Of a DNA stretch of 64,000 nt, positions 1-9,632 are shown in pieces. The stretch is from Candidatus Latescibacterota bacterium (GTDB taxonomy: Bacteria; Latescibacterota; UBA2968; UBA8231), in NCBI GenBank assembly GCA_965215195.1, contig CBDCDC010000001.1:768001-832000 (forward strand), in the 5' to 3' direction. The position numbers and the translations under genes were made by a program. How positions within the stretch are numbered: the stretch's first letter is position 1; each line of letters begins with the position of its first letter. The notes under the pieces are model-generated. The model worked only from the letters and a program-made list of their open reading frames with translations. It was not told the DNA's origin and did no database searches.

Positions 1-118
1 GGTCGTCGTTGAGCAACTTGCCGACAGCGATGAAGCCGCGCCGGCGGAATTGGTCAATTTGCTCTTGGTCCAGTGCTTTGTGGGGCGGGGTAACGGACGG
101 GGCTGTGGTCATCTGCAT
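1..118 (-). CDS. PhyH/phytanoyl-CoA dioxygenase family protein, 5' part (runs off window edge)
   Basis: ATG at 118 gives MQMTTAPSVTPPHKALDQEQIDQFRRRGFIAVGKLLNDD; the 'L..EQI.QF...GF' start is typical of PhyH family. Confidence 0.6.
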   Translation of the reverse strand, partial: MQMTTAPSVTPPHKALDQEQIDQFRRRGFIAVGKLLNDD

Positions 119-193
119 TCTCCTAAGTGAGGTGTGCAAAGTAACGAGGGCGGCGACGAAATGGCGCACCATATCCCATTTGTCGGCGGAAAA

Positions 194-1318
194 TTAGGAC
201 CCGTCCCGACTCAACGTAAGTAGCGCGATTTCGGAAGGGGCGCCGAGCCGCAGTGGGGGACCCCAGTAGCCGGTGCCGCGGTGGATGTAAATCCAAGTGT
301 CGCGAAATTTGTGCAGGCCCGCGACGTAGGGCTGTTGGAGGGAAACTACGTACTTCCACGGCACGAACTGGCCGCCGTGGGTGTGGCCCGACAGTTGCAG
401 GTGGCAAGCGGCTCGGCTGGCGGCCTCTATGCTGCGCGGCTGGTGCGCCAGCAAGATGCGCACATCGGCTCCGTCGCTCGCGGCAAGGGCCTTGGCCGGG
501 TCTGATGCGTGGTCGGGGACCAGCTCGCCGGCGCTGAAGTCGGTCGTACCGGCCAAGGCAATCCGCCCGCCGCCGCAGTCGATCTGGCGTCCCTCGTTGA
601 TCAGGACGTCGAAGCCGAGGCGGCGCGCCTGCTCGGTCCAGCGCTCCACGCCCGAGTAGTATTCGTGATTGCCGGTGCAGAAATAGACCCCGAGCGGGGC
701 GGTGAGTTCAGCTAGGGAAGCCGTGTGAGGGGCGAGTCGTTCAACCGTCCCGTCGGCGAGGTCGCCGGTGAAGGCGATTAGGTCGGGTTGCAATTCGTTG
801 ACTCGGGCGACAACGCGCTCCACAAAAGGGGCTTTGATGGTTGAGCCGACGTGGAGATCGCTGATCTGGACGATGCGCAGTCCGACCAGCGCGGGCGGGA
901 GATTCGCAATGGGGACATCGACCTCGCGGACCGCTGGCGTACGGCGGGCTTGATAGTAGCCATAGCCCGCCGCGACCGCAGCTAGGGCAAAGGTCGCCAA
1001 GTCGATGCTGGCATGGAGCGATGCATCCAAGGGATAGACTAGGCCGAGGAGCAGGCCTCCTATATCGCGCAGGACCAGCAGGGTTGAGCAGATGGCGAAA
1101 AAGCCCATGCCGAGATAGGCCACCCAAGCGAGGGGATCCATCAGCCAAGCCAGATGCGGACGGGAGCGCAGGCGAAAGAGCAACAAGGGCGTCAATAGTA
1201 GGAACACCAGCGCCAGTGTGGCACCGGTCTGTACGGGCGGCGGCAGATAGGGAATGAGCCGCCAGCCCGAATAGCCGTAGATCGAGCCGAGTAGGCCCAG
1301 AAAAATCAGTGCAAACAT
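194..1318 (-). CDS. Membrane-anchored metallophosphoesterase (YkuE/YaeI-like)
   Basis: N-terminal TM helices, then DLH, GDL.D, GNHE and GHTHGGQ calcineurin-like motifs; start reassigned to ATG 1318 (MFALIF). Confidence 0.9.
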   Translation of the reverse strand: MFALIFLGLLGSIYGYSGWRLIPYLPPPVQTGATLALVFLLLTPLLLFRLRSRPHLAWLMDPLAWVAYLGMGFFAICSTLLVLRDIGGLLLGLVYPLDASLHASIDLATFALAAVAAGYGYYQARRTPAVREVDVPIANLPPALVGLRIVQISDLHVGSTIKAPFVERVVARVNELQPDLIAFTGDLADGTVERLAPHTASLAELTAPLGVYFCTGNHEYYSGVERWTEQARRLGFDVLINEGRQIDCGGGRIALAGTTDFSAGELVPDHASDPAKALAASDGADVRILLAHQPRSIEAASRAACHLQLSGHTHGGQFVPWKYVVSLQQPYVAGLHKFRDTWIYIHRGTGYWGPPLRLGAPSEIALLTLSRDGS

Positions 1319-1462
1319 GCCATTCTTTGTTCGAGAGGATGCGGCTTTGTATTGTAGAGACAAGTCAAGCCCTTTACAAGTCGCGGGAGGGTCTTGTTTC
1401 CCGTCGGTTGAGTCGTTATAAAGGACTTGAAGGCAAGGCAAAAAAACAAAAGGAGACCAATC

Positions 1463-2332
1463 GTGAAAGTAACCAAACGACAGCTCGACTTTTTCGCGGA
1501 AGAGGGGTACGTCCTTATCAAAGGAGGGCTTACCGATGGCGATCTCGCGCCGCTCATCGAGGATCACAATATCATCGTCGATGAAATCGCCCGCGATCTA
1601 TACAGCCAAGGCAAAATTGCCAACCTCTGCGAAGACGCGCCTTTTGCGCGGCGCTTGGCCTGCCTCGCAGAAGAGTGCGACGAAGTCGATGGCTGTCCCG
1701 ACATAGGAGAAACCCGCGGCCGCGGCACCTTTGAGTTTTTGCGCAACCAGAACCTCGTCGATCTGATTGAGCCTTTTATCGGCCCAGAAATCACCTGCAA
1801 TGCCGTGTCGCACGTCCGGCCCAAGATGCCGTCAACAGATGTAATTTTTCATCAGGATGCCGTGTTCACCACCCAACAAGCCCAAGGTATCCTACAGGTG
1901 ACCGTTTGGATTCCCCTCGTCGAGGCGACCGCAGAAAACGGCTGCTTGCAGGTCCAGCCTCGGGTCCACCAGCAGCGCATGGTCTATTGGTCGTACGGGC
2001 GAGACCTACCCCAGACCGAGCGGGTTAGCCTGCCCATGCAGAAGGGGGACGTCTTGTTCGTACACAAACTGACCCCCCACGGCTCAGGCCCGAACAACAC
2101 CAACGCCGTGCGTTGGAGCATGGATCTGCGCTACCAGAAGACGGGCGAGCCTTCCCCGCGGCCGGAGTGGCCCAGTCTCGTCGCCCGCAGCCGGCGCGAT
2201 CCCGCCTCGGAGACCGCCTATGAAGACTGGCGCGACCAATGGGCGGCCGCGCTCGAAAAGACGCCCCAGCAGATTCGCTACGAGCGCCCGAGCGGGCCTC
2301 TGCCCTTTACCGGCGAGATGTTTCTCAAGTAG
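1463..2332 (+). CDS. Phytanoyl-CoA dioxygenase (PhyH) family Fe/2OG oxygenase
   Basis: HQD motif, VWIPL..AT.ENGCL, H.SGPN...R; GTG start after AGGAG RBS. Confidence 0.88.
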   Translation: MKVTKRQLDFFAEEGYVLIKGGLTDGDLAPLIEDHNIIVDEIARDLYSQGKIANLCEDAPFARRLACLAEECDEVDGCPDIGETRGRGTFEFLRNQNLVDLIEPFIGPEITCNAVSHVRPKMPSTDVIFHQDAVFTTQQAQGILQVTVWIPLVEATAENGCLQVQPRVHQQRMVYWSYGRDLPQTERVSLPMQKGDVLFVHKLTPHGSGPNNTNAVRWSMDLRYQKTGEPSPRPEWPSLVARSRRDPASETAYEDWRDQWAAALEKTPQQIRYERPSGPLPFTGEMFLK

Positions 2333-2353
2333 CGTTGAGCAAGAGAACGGCCG

Positions 2354-3313
2354 ATGCCCATTGACGCCCCTAAGTTTCCCGAGTGCTTCCTGCGCTGCGC
2401 GACCCGCGAGTTTGGCAAAGAAGGCGAGGCATGGCTCGAGGAACTGCCGTCCATTCTCAGGCGGTGCTGCGATAAGTGGGGCCTGACACTCGGCCCACCG
2501 AGCGCGGAGATCAAGGTCAACTATATCGCCTACGTCGAGATGGGCCATGGAGAACAGGCCGTGCTCAAGGTGGGCGTCCCGCACGACGATTTTAGCGCGG
2601 AGATGGAAGCGTTGGCGATCTATGAGGGCCGTGGAATCAATCGGCTCATCGACTGCGACCAAGCGCTCAACGCCATGCTGCTCGAACGACTGCGTCCCGG
2701 CAAGATGCTAGATTCTGTGGGGAACGTGCGCGAGCAAAGCGAGATTGCGGCGCACATCCTCCAGAATTTACACGCGACCCCGACGCCGTCGAACCACGCC
2801 CTGCCGCACTTTATGGATTGGATGCGAGGTGCATTCGCGGACGCCAAAAGCTGCGAGGATTCCGAGAGAGCACGGGGCTATATCGAGCAGATTCCGCGCG
2901 TGGAGTCCATGATGGAAATTCTGCTGGAGCCGGATGAACCCCAAATGCTGCTGCACGGCGACCTCCATCACTGGAATATTCTGTCTGACGCAGACCGCGG
3001 CTGGATGGCGATTGATCCCAAGGGCGTCATCGGGGCCTCGTGTCTGGACGTTGGTCGGTTCATCAACAACGCGATGGGATTCGGCGAGACTGCTGCGGAG
3101 AAGCGGGAGATCCTGCTCGAAGCGGTGGCGGTTTTCAGCGAGGTACTGGGGGAAAACGAGGAGCGGATGTTTGCGGGTGCCTTCTGCGACAAGATCATGG
3201 GTTCATCGTGGGGGCTGCAACAGAAGCCCGATGAACACGAGGCGCTTAAAGTGATGGTTGAGGTGGCGAGGGACGTGGATGATCGCCGTCTGCGATGTCG
3301 AGCCGGCGCATAG
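2354..3313 (+). CDS. Aminoglycoside/hydroxyurea resistance kinase family (APH(6)/StrB-like)
   Basis: AVLKVG, MLLERLRPG, LLHGDLHHWNIL, WMAIDPKG motifs. Confidence 0.85.
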   Translation: MPIDAPKFPECFLRCATREFGKEGEAWLEELPSILRRCCDKWGLTLGPPSAEIKVNYIAYVEMGHGEQAVLKVGVPHDDFSAEMEALAIYEGRGINRLIDCDQALNAMLLERLRPGKMLDSVGNVREQSEIAAHILQNLHATPTPSNHALPHFMDWMRGAFADAKSCEDSERARGYIEQIPRVESMMEILLEPDEPQMLLHGDLHHWNILSDADRGWMAIDPKGVIGASCLDVGRFINNAMGFGETAAEKREILLEAVAVFSEVLGENEERMFAGAFCDKIMGSSWGLQQKPDEHEALKVMVEVARDVDDRRLRCRAGA

Positions 3314-3356
3314 ACAGCGGAATAGGAGCGCAAGAATAACGTGCGCTTGCGAGCTG

Positions 3357-4409
3357 CTAGGCGATGACGCCGCCGCCGAGGCAAACGTCACCGTCGTAGA
3401 ACACGGCGTGCTGACCCGCAGCAATGCCGGGGTCGGGCGTGGCCAAGTCGACGTGGGCGCGATCTGGCGCGAGCATTTGCACCTGACAGGGGATCAGGGC
3501 CGGCCCGTGCCGCAGCTTGACGTGGAGCGCACCCTGCTCCGGTGCGCCGGCGATCCAATGGATTTGTGCGGCGATCAGCTCGCGTCGTCCGGCTCGCGCC
3601 GGTGCGCTGCCGTGGGCAATGTACACAATGTTGTTGGCGACGTCCTTGTCGGTTACATACCAGGGACCGCCGCCGAGTTGCAGGCCGTGCCGCTGGCCAA
3701 TGGTGTAGAACCAATAGCCGGGGTGCTGGCCCTTTTTTTGCCCGCTCGCCTGCTCAATGATGTCGCCCCGGACCTCTCCCAAGTGGAAGCGCACGAAGTC
3801 TCGGTAGTTGATCTTGCCCAAGAAGCACATGCCTTGGCTGTCGGGGCGGGCCTTGGCTGGCAGATCGAATTCTGCGGCGAGTGCGCGCACTTGGGGCTTG
3901 TGCAGGTGGCCGATGGGCAAACAGAGCCGCGCGAGCTGGGCTTGGCTCAGGTTGGAGAGGAAATAGGTCTGGTCCTTGACCGGATCGGCCGCGCACCGGA
4001 GCCGATAGCCGCCCGCGGTCTCCTCGACGCGGGCGTAGTGCCCGGAGGCAATTTGGTCGCACTCGTGGGCTATGCGCTGATAAAAGGCCCCGAACTTGAC
4101 GCGCTGGTTGCACCAGATGTCCGGGCTGGGCGTACGCCCCAGGCGCAGCTCGGCCAACGCGTACTCGACGATGCGGGTGCGGTACTCGCTTTGCAGCGGC
4201 ACGACTTTGAGCGGCACCCCGAGCTGTTCGCAGGTGGCGCGGGCGTAGGTCAAATCCGTTTCCCACGGGCAGTCGCCGAGCGAGAACAGCTCGTCCTCCA
4301 GCCATATCTTGAGGTAGTAGGCTTTGAGGACGAGCCGCTTTTCGCGCTGGAGCAGGGCGAGGGCCAACGAGCTATCGACCCCACCGGAAAGCAGGACAGC
4401 GACGTTCAT
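3357..4409 (-). CDS. mnmA: tRNA 2-thiouridine synthase MnmA
   Basis: SGGVDSS PP-loop, TPSPDIWCN, SGHYAR, KDQTYFL, DSQGMCF, YTIGQR. Confidence 0.95.
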   Translation of the reverse strand: MNVAVLLSGGVDSSLALALLQREKRLVLKAYYLKIWLEDELFSLGDCPWETDLTYARATCEQLGVPLKVVPLQSEYRTRIVEYALAELRLGRTPSPDIWCNQRVKFGAFYQRIAHECDQIASGHYARVEETAGGYRLRCAADPVKDQTYFLSNLSQAQLARLCLPIGHLHKPQVRALAAEFDLPAKARPDSQGMCFLGKINYRDFVRFHLGEVRGDIIEQASGQKKGQHPGYWFYTIGQRHGLQLGGGPWYVTDKDVANNIVYIAHGSAPARAGRRELIAAQIHWIAGAPEQGALHVKLRHGPALIPCQVQMLAPDRAHVDLATPDPGIAAGQHAVFYDGDVCLGGGVIA

Positions 4410-4419
4410 GGGATGCTCG

Positions 4420-5742
4420 CTAGTAGCGATAGTGCTCCGGCTTGTAGGGGCCTTCCACTGGGATACCCAAATACGCGGCTTGGTCGTCGTCTAGTGCGTC
4501 GATTTTGACCCCTAACTTTTGCAGGTGGAGCCGCGCCACCTTCTCGTCGAGGTGCTTGGGCAGCATGTACACGCCGACTGGATATTGCTCGTGGCGGGTG
4601 TGCAGCTCAATTTGCGCCAGCACCTGATTGGTAAACGAATTGGACATGACAAAAGAGGGGTGCCCGGTGGCGCAGCCAAGGTTGACCAAGCGGCCTTCGG
4701 CCAACAGGATGATGCTGTGCCCATCGGGAAAGGTGAACTTATCGACCTGCGGCTTGATCTCAACGCGCTCAATTCCGCGGTAGCCCACGAGTTCGGCCAC
4801 TTGGATTTCGACGTCAAAGTGGCCGATGTTGCAAATGATGGCCCCGTCCTTCATCCGCTCCATCTGGTCGATGCGAATAATGTCGCGGCACCCGGTGGCC
4901 GTAACGAAGATGTCGCCCTCGGCCATGGCGTCGTCCATCTTCCCGACCTCGTAGCCTTCCATGGCCGCTTGCAACGCGCAGATGGGGTCGATCTCGGTGA
5001 CGATCACCCGCGCCCCCAAGCCCCGCATGGCGGCGGCGCATCCCTTGCCCACGTCGCCGTACCCGGCCACCACCACGACCTTGCCGGCGATCATTATGTC
5101 GGTGGCGCGCTTGATGCCGTCGGCCAGCGACTCGCGGCAGCCGTAGAGGTTGTCAAACTTTGACTTGGTGACGCTGTCGTTGACGTTGATCGCCGGCACG
5201 GCGAGCGCCCCGGCTTCGAGCATCTGGTAGAGGTGGTGGACGCCAGTGGTCGTCTCCTCGGAGATGCCGCGCAGGCCCGGCAAAAGCTCTGGGTGCTTCT
5301 CGTGGATCCACTTGGTCAGGTCGCCGCCGTCGTCAAGGATCAGGTTGGGCCCGTCGCCGCAGGGCCAGCGCAGGGTTTGCTCAGTACACCACCAGTACTC
5401 GTCCTCGGTCTCGCCCTTCCAAGCGAAGATCGGGATGCCAGTGACGGCGAGGGCGGCGGCCGCGTGGTCTTGGGTTGAGAAGATGTTGCACGAGCACCAG
5501 CGCACTTGCGCCCCGAGCGCGGTGAGCGTCTCGATGAGCACGGCGGTCTGGATCGTGGCGTGCAAGGAGCCGGCGATCCGCGCACCTGCGAGCGGTTGGG
5601 CGGCCCCGTACTCGGTGCGCAGGGCCATCAGCCCGGGCATCTCTTGCTCGGCGAGAATGATTTCCTGCCGGCCCCATTCGGCCAGCGATAGGTCGGCGAC
5701 CTTGTAGTCGAGGCCGACAGTCTTTTGTGCCGCAATCTCCAT
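4420..5742 (-). CDS. ahcY: Adenosylhomocysteinase
   Basis: [45 protein letters not shown]-terminal HYRY. Confidence 0.98.
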   Translation of the reverse strand: MEIAAQKTVGLDYKVADLSLAEWGRQEIILAEQEMPGLMALRTEYGAAQPLAGARIAGSLHATIQTAVLIETLTALGAQVRWCSCNIFSTQDHAAAALAVTGIPIFAWKGETEDEYWWCTEQTLRWPCGDGPNLILDDGGDLTKWIHEKHPELLPGLRGISEETTTGVHHLYQMLEAGALAVPAINVNDSVTKSKFDNLYGCRESLADGIKRATDIMIAGKVVVVAGYGDVGKGCAAAMRGLGARVIVTEIDPICALQAAMEGYEVGKMDDAMAEGDIFVTATGCRDIIRIDQMERMKDGAIICNIGHFDVEIQVAELVGYRGIERVEIKPQVDKFTFPDGHSIILLAEGRLVNLGCATGHPSFVMSNSFTNQVLAQIELHTRHEQYPVGVYMLPKHLDEKVARLHLQKLGVKIDALDDDQAAYLGIPVEGPYKPEHYRY

Positions 5743-5790
5743 TGATTTCTCCTTATAGGTGGTGAACAGTTTTGTTGTGTGGCCAGTTCC

Positions 5791-7368
5791 TCACGCGGGC
5801 CCGGCCCGCTTTATGGCCGCCGAAGTCCCGTCCTCAAAGGCGGCGAAGTTGGCCTTGAACAGCTCGGCGAGTTGACCGGCGCACTCGTCGTAGGCCGCTC
5901 CATCGGCCCAAGTTTGTCGCGGCAGCATCTGCGCGCTGGGTACGCCCGGACACGCGCACACCACGTCAAAGCCAAAGCGCGGATCGCGCTCCGCGGGTGC
6001 GGCGGCGAGCGCGCCGGCGTGGATCGCGCTGATAATCGCCCGGGTGTGCTGGAGCGAAAGGCGCTTTCCCACGCCATACGGCCCGCCCGTCCAGCCCGTG
6101 TTGACCAGCCAGACTTGGGCGTTGTGGGTGCGGATCTTGTCGGCCAGCAAGGCGGCGTACTTGTGCGGATGCCAGACCATGAAAGCCGCGCCAAAGCAGG
6201 CCGAAAACGCGGCTTGTGGCTCGGTGACGCCCATCTCGGTGCCGGCGACCTTGGCCGTGTACCCGCTCATAAAGTGATACATGGCTTGGTCGGGCGTCAG
6301 GCGGCTGACCGGCGGCAGCACGCCGAAGGCATCGCAGGTGAGGAAGATGATGTCGCGGGGATGGCGACCTGTGCAGGGGATTACCGCGTTGGGGATGTAG
6401 TCGATGGGATAGGCCGCGCGGGTGTTCTCGGTGACCGCGTCGTTGGCGTAATCGACTCGGCGGCTCTCCGCGTCGCAGACGACGTTTTCCAAGACCGTGC
6501 CAAAGCGGATGGCGCGAAAAATCTCCGGCTCTTGCTCTGGGGTCAAGTCGATGCACTTGGCATAGCAGCCGCCCTCAATGTTGAAAATTCCCTCCGCGCT
6601 CCACACGTGCTCGTCGTCGCCGATCAGCCGCCGCTGTGGATCGGTCGAGAGCGTGGTCTTGCCCGTGCCCGACAAGCCAAAGAACAGGGCGGTGTCGCCG
6701 CTGGTTCCCGCATTGGCCGAACAGTGCATGGGCAGCAGGCCGGCTTTGGGCATGAGGAAGTTCACGACCGTGAACACGCCCTTTTTCATTTCGCCCGCGT
6801 ACTCGGTTCCCAAAATCACCATTTCCCGGCGCTCGAAGCTCAGGTCGATGCTAGTTGTGGAGGTCATCTCCGAGGTGTAGCGGTTGGCCGGAAAGCGGCC
6901 GGCGTTGTAGATGGTAAAATCCGGCGTCCCGAATTGGGCCAGCTCGGCCGCGGACGGGCGGATGAGCATGTTGTGCATGAAGAGCGCGTGGTATGCGCGG
7001 GAGCAGATCACGCGGATTTTGAGCCGATATTGGGGATCCCAGCCGGCGAATCCATCGACCACGTATAGCTGCTCGCAGGTGTTGAGGTAGTCGATGGCCC
7101 GCTCTAGGTTGATCATAAAGGTGTGTTCTTGGAGCTTGATGTTGACCGCGCCCCACCAGATGTCGGGGCTGCTGTGTGGATCGAAGACGATGCGCTTGTC
7201 GCCGGGGCTGCGCCCGGTCTTGTTGCCCGAGGAAACCACGAGTGCGCCTTGGTCGGAAATGATGGATCCGCGCTCGTGGCGCAGTGCTTCTTCGTAGAGC
7301 CTGGCCGGTGCTATGTTGCGGAGAATCGCGCCGACCGAAATTTCGCTGAGCTGGATGATTTCGCTCAT
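5791..7368 (-). CDS. pckA: Phosphoenolpyruvate carboxykinase (ATP)
   Basis: [52 protein letters not shown]. Confidence 0.97.
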   Translation of the reverse strand: MSEIIQLSEISVGAILRNIAPARLYEEALRHERGSIISDQGALVVSSGNKTGRSPGDKRIVFDPHSSPDIWWGAVNIKLQEHTFMINLERAIDYLNTCEQLYVVDGFAGWDPQYRLKIRVICSRAYHALFMHNMLIRPSAAELAQFGTPDFTIYNAGRFPANRYTSEMTSTTSIDLSFERREMVILGTEYAGEMKKGVFTVVNFLMPKAGLLPMHCSANAGTSGDTALFFGLSGTGKTTLSTDPQRRLIGDDEHVWSAEGIFNIEGGCYAKCIDLTPEQEPEIFRAIRFGTVLENVVCDAESRRVDYANDAVTENTRAAYPIDYIPNAVIPCTGRHPRDIIFLTCDAFGVLPPVSRLTPDQAMYHFMSGYTAKVAGTEMGVTEPQAAFSACFGAAFMVWHPHKYAALLADKIRTHNAQVWLVNTGWTGGPYGVGKRLSLQHTRAIISAIHAGALAAAPAERDPRFGFDVVCACPGVPSAQMLPRQTWADGAAYDECAGQLAELFKANFAAFEDGTSAAIKRAGPA

Positions 7369-7375
7369 GGTTTTC

Positions 7376-7623
7376 CGTTTCGTTGCTGCGTACATGACCT
7401 CAATAACTTGCCGTTGATGAGCGGTGAGTCTGGGGTCGAGGGCAAGATGCCCTCGATCCGAGGGTAAGCTACGTCGTGGTCTCGCTCAGGCTCGGCACCG
7501 GACCTCAACGAGGGCAAGGTGCCCTCTTTCCGCGGGTGAGGCCCTCCTGTCGTTTCGTTTCGTTGCTGCGTACATGACCTCAATAACTTGCCGTTGATGA
7601 GCGATAAGTCCGGGATCGAGGGC
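7376..7623. repeat. Direct repeat with 180-bp period upstream of pckA, interspersed with GAGGGC...GCCCTC hairpins
   Basis: 7376-7423 is identical to 7556-7603 (48 bp); similarity continues to about 7443/7623. Confidence 0.9.
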
Positions 7624-7692
7624 GTCCCGCCCTCGCCGAGGGCAAGCTGCCCTCGATCCTTGGCAGGCTGAGGGCTGGTGTCGTGTAGTAAG
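7609..7692. repeat. REP/MITE-like palindromic dispersed repeat, copy 1
   Basis: Near-identical reverse complement of 55225-55308; contains two GAGGGC-N-GCCCTC hairpins. Confidence 0.85.
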
Positions 7693-7856
7693 GTATAAAG
7701 CTATCTCATGTACCTTGGCCCCGCCGGCGCCCCATTGGCCTAGTAGGCAATTAAGACACGCGCCTGCGGATGAGCAAGCGCACCCGGCCAAGTTGACGGT
7801 CTAGCCGCCACCCCCTACCTTGCCCCCATCCCCACCATCGTTCTATCCAACCGGTC

Positions 7857-8411
7857 ATGCAATCCCTCGCCACCCCCTCCGTCCTGTACCGGGATAGCTT
7901 CCTAGCGGGCGCGGCCGAGTTCTTGGCCGAAGGCCGTTTCGACTCGACGTACGCTCTATCGCTCGGCTACGACAGCGAGGCCCTCGCCGACCAATTCCCG
8001 CAATTCGTGCGCGACCTCAAGGCCCTCGCCGATGGGGCTCACTACCCGGACCGAGTGCTGTGGCTCGTACACGACGGCGAGTACATCGGCCAAACCTCCA
8101 TAAGACCCGAGCTCGGCACCCCGTATTTGCTCACCTACGGAGGGCACATTGGCTACAGCATCCGACCCTCTCGGCGGTGCCGCGGCCACGGCAAGGCCAT
8201 CCTCGCTCTGACGCTGGAGGTAGCGCGGGAAATCGGGCTGCGCCGCGTGCTGGTCACCTGCGACTCGGACAACATTGGCTCGCGCAAGATCATCGAGCAC
8301 AACGGCGGCCAATTCGAGAGCGCGATGGCCATGCCCAGCCAAGCATTCCGCGCCGAGGGCCGCGAACCGGTGCGGCGCATGGAAAAGTTGCGCTACTGGA
8401 TTGACTTGTAA
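7857..8411 (+). CDS. GNAT family N-acetyltransferase
   Basis: GGHIGYSIRPS.R.RGHG, VLVTCDSDNIGSRKIIEHNGG. Confidence 0.9.
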   Translation: MQSLATPSVLYRDSFLAGAAEFLAEGRFDSTYALSLGYDSEALADQFPQFVRDLKALADGAHYPDRVLWLVHDGEYIGQTSIRPELGTPYLLTYGGHIGYSIRPSRRCRGHGKAILALTLEVAREIGLRRVLVTCDSDNIGSRKIIEHNGGQFESAMAMPSQAFRAEGREPVRRMEKLRYWIDL

Positions 8412-8422
8412 TTTCTCCTCGC

Positions 8423-8456
8423 GTAAAACTTTTTGTGCTCGGCCCTCGTCTTATAA
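8423..8456 (+). promoter_or_regulatory. Putative autoregulatory ECF-sigma promoter GTAAAAC-N17-CGTC(TTATAA)
   Basis: AAC/CGT bipartite ECF-type motif immediately upstream of sigma ATG 8462; the same motif and spacing occur upstream of the four cassettes. Confidence 0.7.
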
Positions 8457-8461
8457 GGAAC

Positions 8462-9025
8462 ATGAGCGACGCCGATCTCATCCAGCGCTTCAGGGCCGGC
8501 CAGCACCAAGCGTTCAATGTCTTGGTCTGGCGCTGGCAGGGCCGCCTCTACCACTTCGCGCTCCGCTACAGCGGCGATTCCGAAGACGCGCGCGATCTCT
8601 GCCAGCAGAGCTTTATCCGCGCATATCGCCAGTTGCACCGGCTGCGCGATCCCGAGCGTTTTTCCACGTGGCTCTACCAGATCGCCGCCAATCTGTGCCG
8701 CGACCACCTGCGCCAGCGAGCGCAAGCGCAGCACGTTTCGCTCGACGCGTACGAGGAGGCAAGTGCCCGGCCTCATCCGGCACTGTGGCAAGCTGCCGAT
8801 GTGGACAAGGACGAGCTACGCGACCTGCTCAACCGCGCCTTGCAGACCCTGCCCGAAGAACAGCGCGTCGTGGTGGTGCTCAAGGAGTACGAGGGGCTGA
8901 AGTTTCGCGAAATCGCCGAAGTGCTCAACGCCCCGATCAATACGGTCAAATCGCGCCTTTACTACGGGCTCAAGGCACTGCGAAAAACCTTTAACCAATG
9001 GGACATTGACAGAGATGGACTGTAA
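8462..9025 (+). CDS. ECF RNA polymerase sigma factor (SigW/RpoE-like)
   Basis: Region 2 (DARDLCQQSF..AY, FSTWLYQIAANLCRD) and region 4 (LPEEQR, EIAEVLNAPINTVKSRL). Confidence 0.95.
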   Translation: MSDADLIQRFRAGQHQAFNVLVWRWQGRLYHFALRYSGDSEDARDLCQQSFIRAYRQLHRLRDPERFSTWLYQIAANLCRDHLRQRAQAQHVSLDAYEEASARPHPALWQAADVDKDELRDLLNRALQTLPEEQRVVVVLKEYEGLKFREIAEVLNAPINTVKSRLYYGLKALRKTFNQWDIDRDGL

Positions 9026-9623
9026 CGTCAAAAAAGAAGACTTGCTCACCTTTTTTTATGGCGAATGCGAGGAAGGCGAGCAGGAGCGCCTTAAAGAACA
9101 TGTGGCCACCTGTGCGGCGTGTCGCCGCGAACTTGACGCGCTCGCCAGTACGCAGACGTTGCTGCGGGCTTGGCCGGACGAGTCTCCGCGACTTGACCTG
9201 ACGTTTGTCGAGGCCGAGGTGCCGCGTCGGCGCTTCCGGCTGATGGCGGGTTTGGCTACTGCTGCGGTGGCCGCTGTGGTGCTCTTTTTGGCGTGGCCGG
9301 AGTTTGAACTCAGCTATCGCGCCGGCGAACTCGACCTCAAGTGGGGAGAGGCGCTGGCGGACGACCCCCTGACCCGGGAAGAAGTGCTGGCCACACAGGA
9401 GGGCACCATCGCGTTAATGAACCAACTTCTGCGGGCTTCTGAGGTGCGTCAGCAGCGCGTCTTCGATCATTTGCTGACCGAGATCCAGGCCCAGCGCTAC
9501 CAAGACTTGCAGCTCATCAACCGCCAGTTTGAACAGTTCGACCGCGAGATCTACATCCACTTGCGCCGCAACGAAGCACCCGTGCTGGAAGTGCTACCGG
9601 CAGTGCGCTATACCAGCCCATAG
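9015..9623 (+). CDS. Zinc-binding anti-sigma factor (zf-HC2/ZAS) with TM helix
   Basis: HVATCAAC (HxxxCxxC), single TM segment, overlaps the sigma gene end. Confidence 0.88.
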   Translation: MDCNVKKEDLLTFFYGECEEGEQERLKEHVATCAACRRELDALASTQTLLRAWPDESPRLDLTFVEAEVPRRRFRLMAGLATAAVAAVVLFLAWPEFELSYRAGELDLKWGEALADDPLTREEVLATQEGTIALMNQLLRASEVRQQRVFDHLLTEIQAQRYQDLQLINRQFEQFDREIYIHLRRNEAPVLEVLPAVRYTSP

Positions 9624-9632
9624 GAGATTGCC

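Noticed and set aside
2354-3313. Acquired streptomycin resistance gene
   Set aside because: Only family-level motifs; no mobile context
3258-7068. Long antisense ORFs (e.g. 3258-4508, 5779-7068; likewise 35062-36291, 53338-55008)
   Set aside because: Shadow ORFs of GC-rich genes on the opposite strand with no motifs
7376-7623. Possible CRISPR array or tandem riboswitch near pckA/ahcY
   Set aside because: Only two copies, 180-bp period, no cas genes; no SAM/SAH riboswitch consensus recognised
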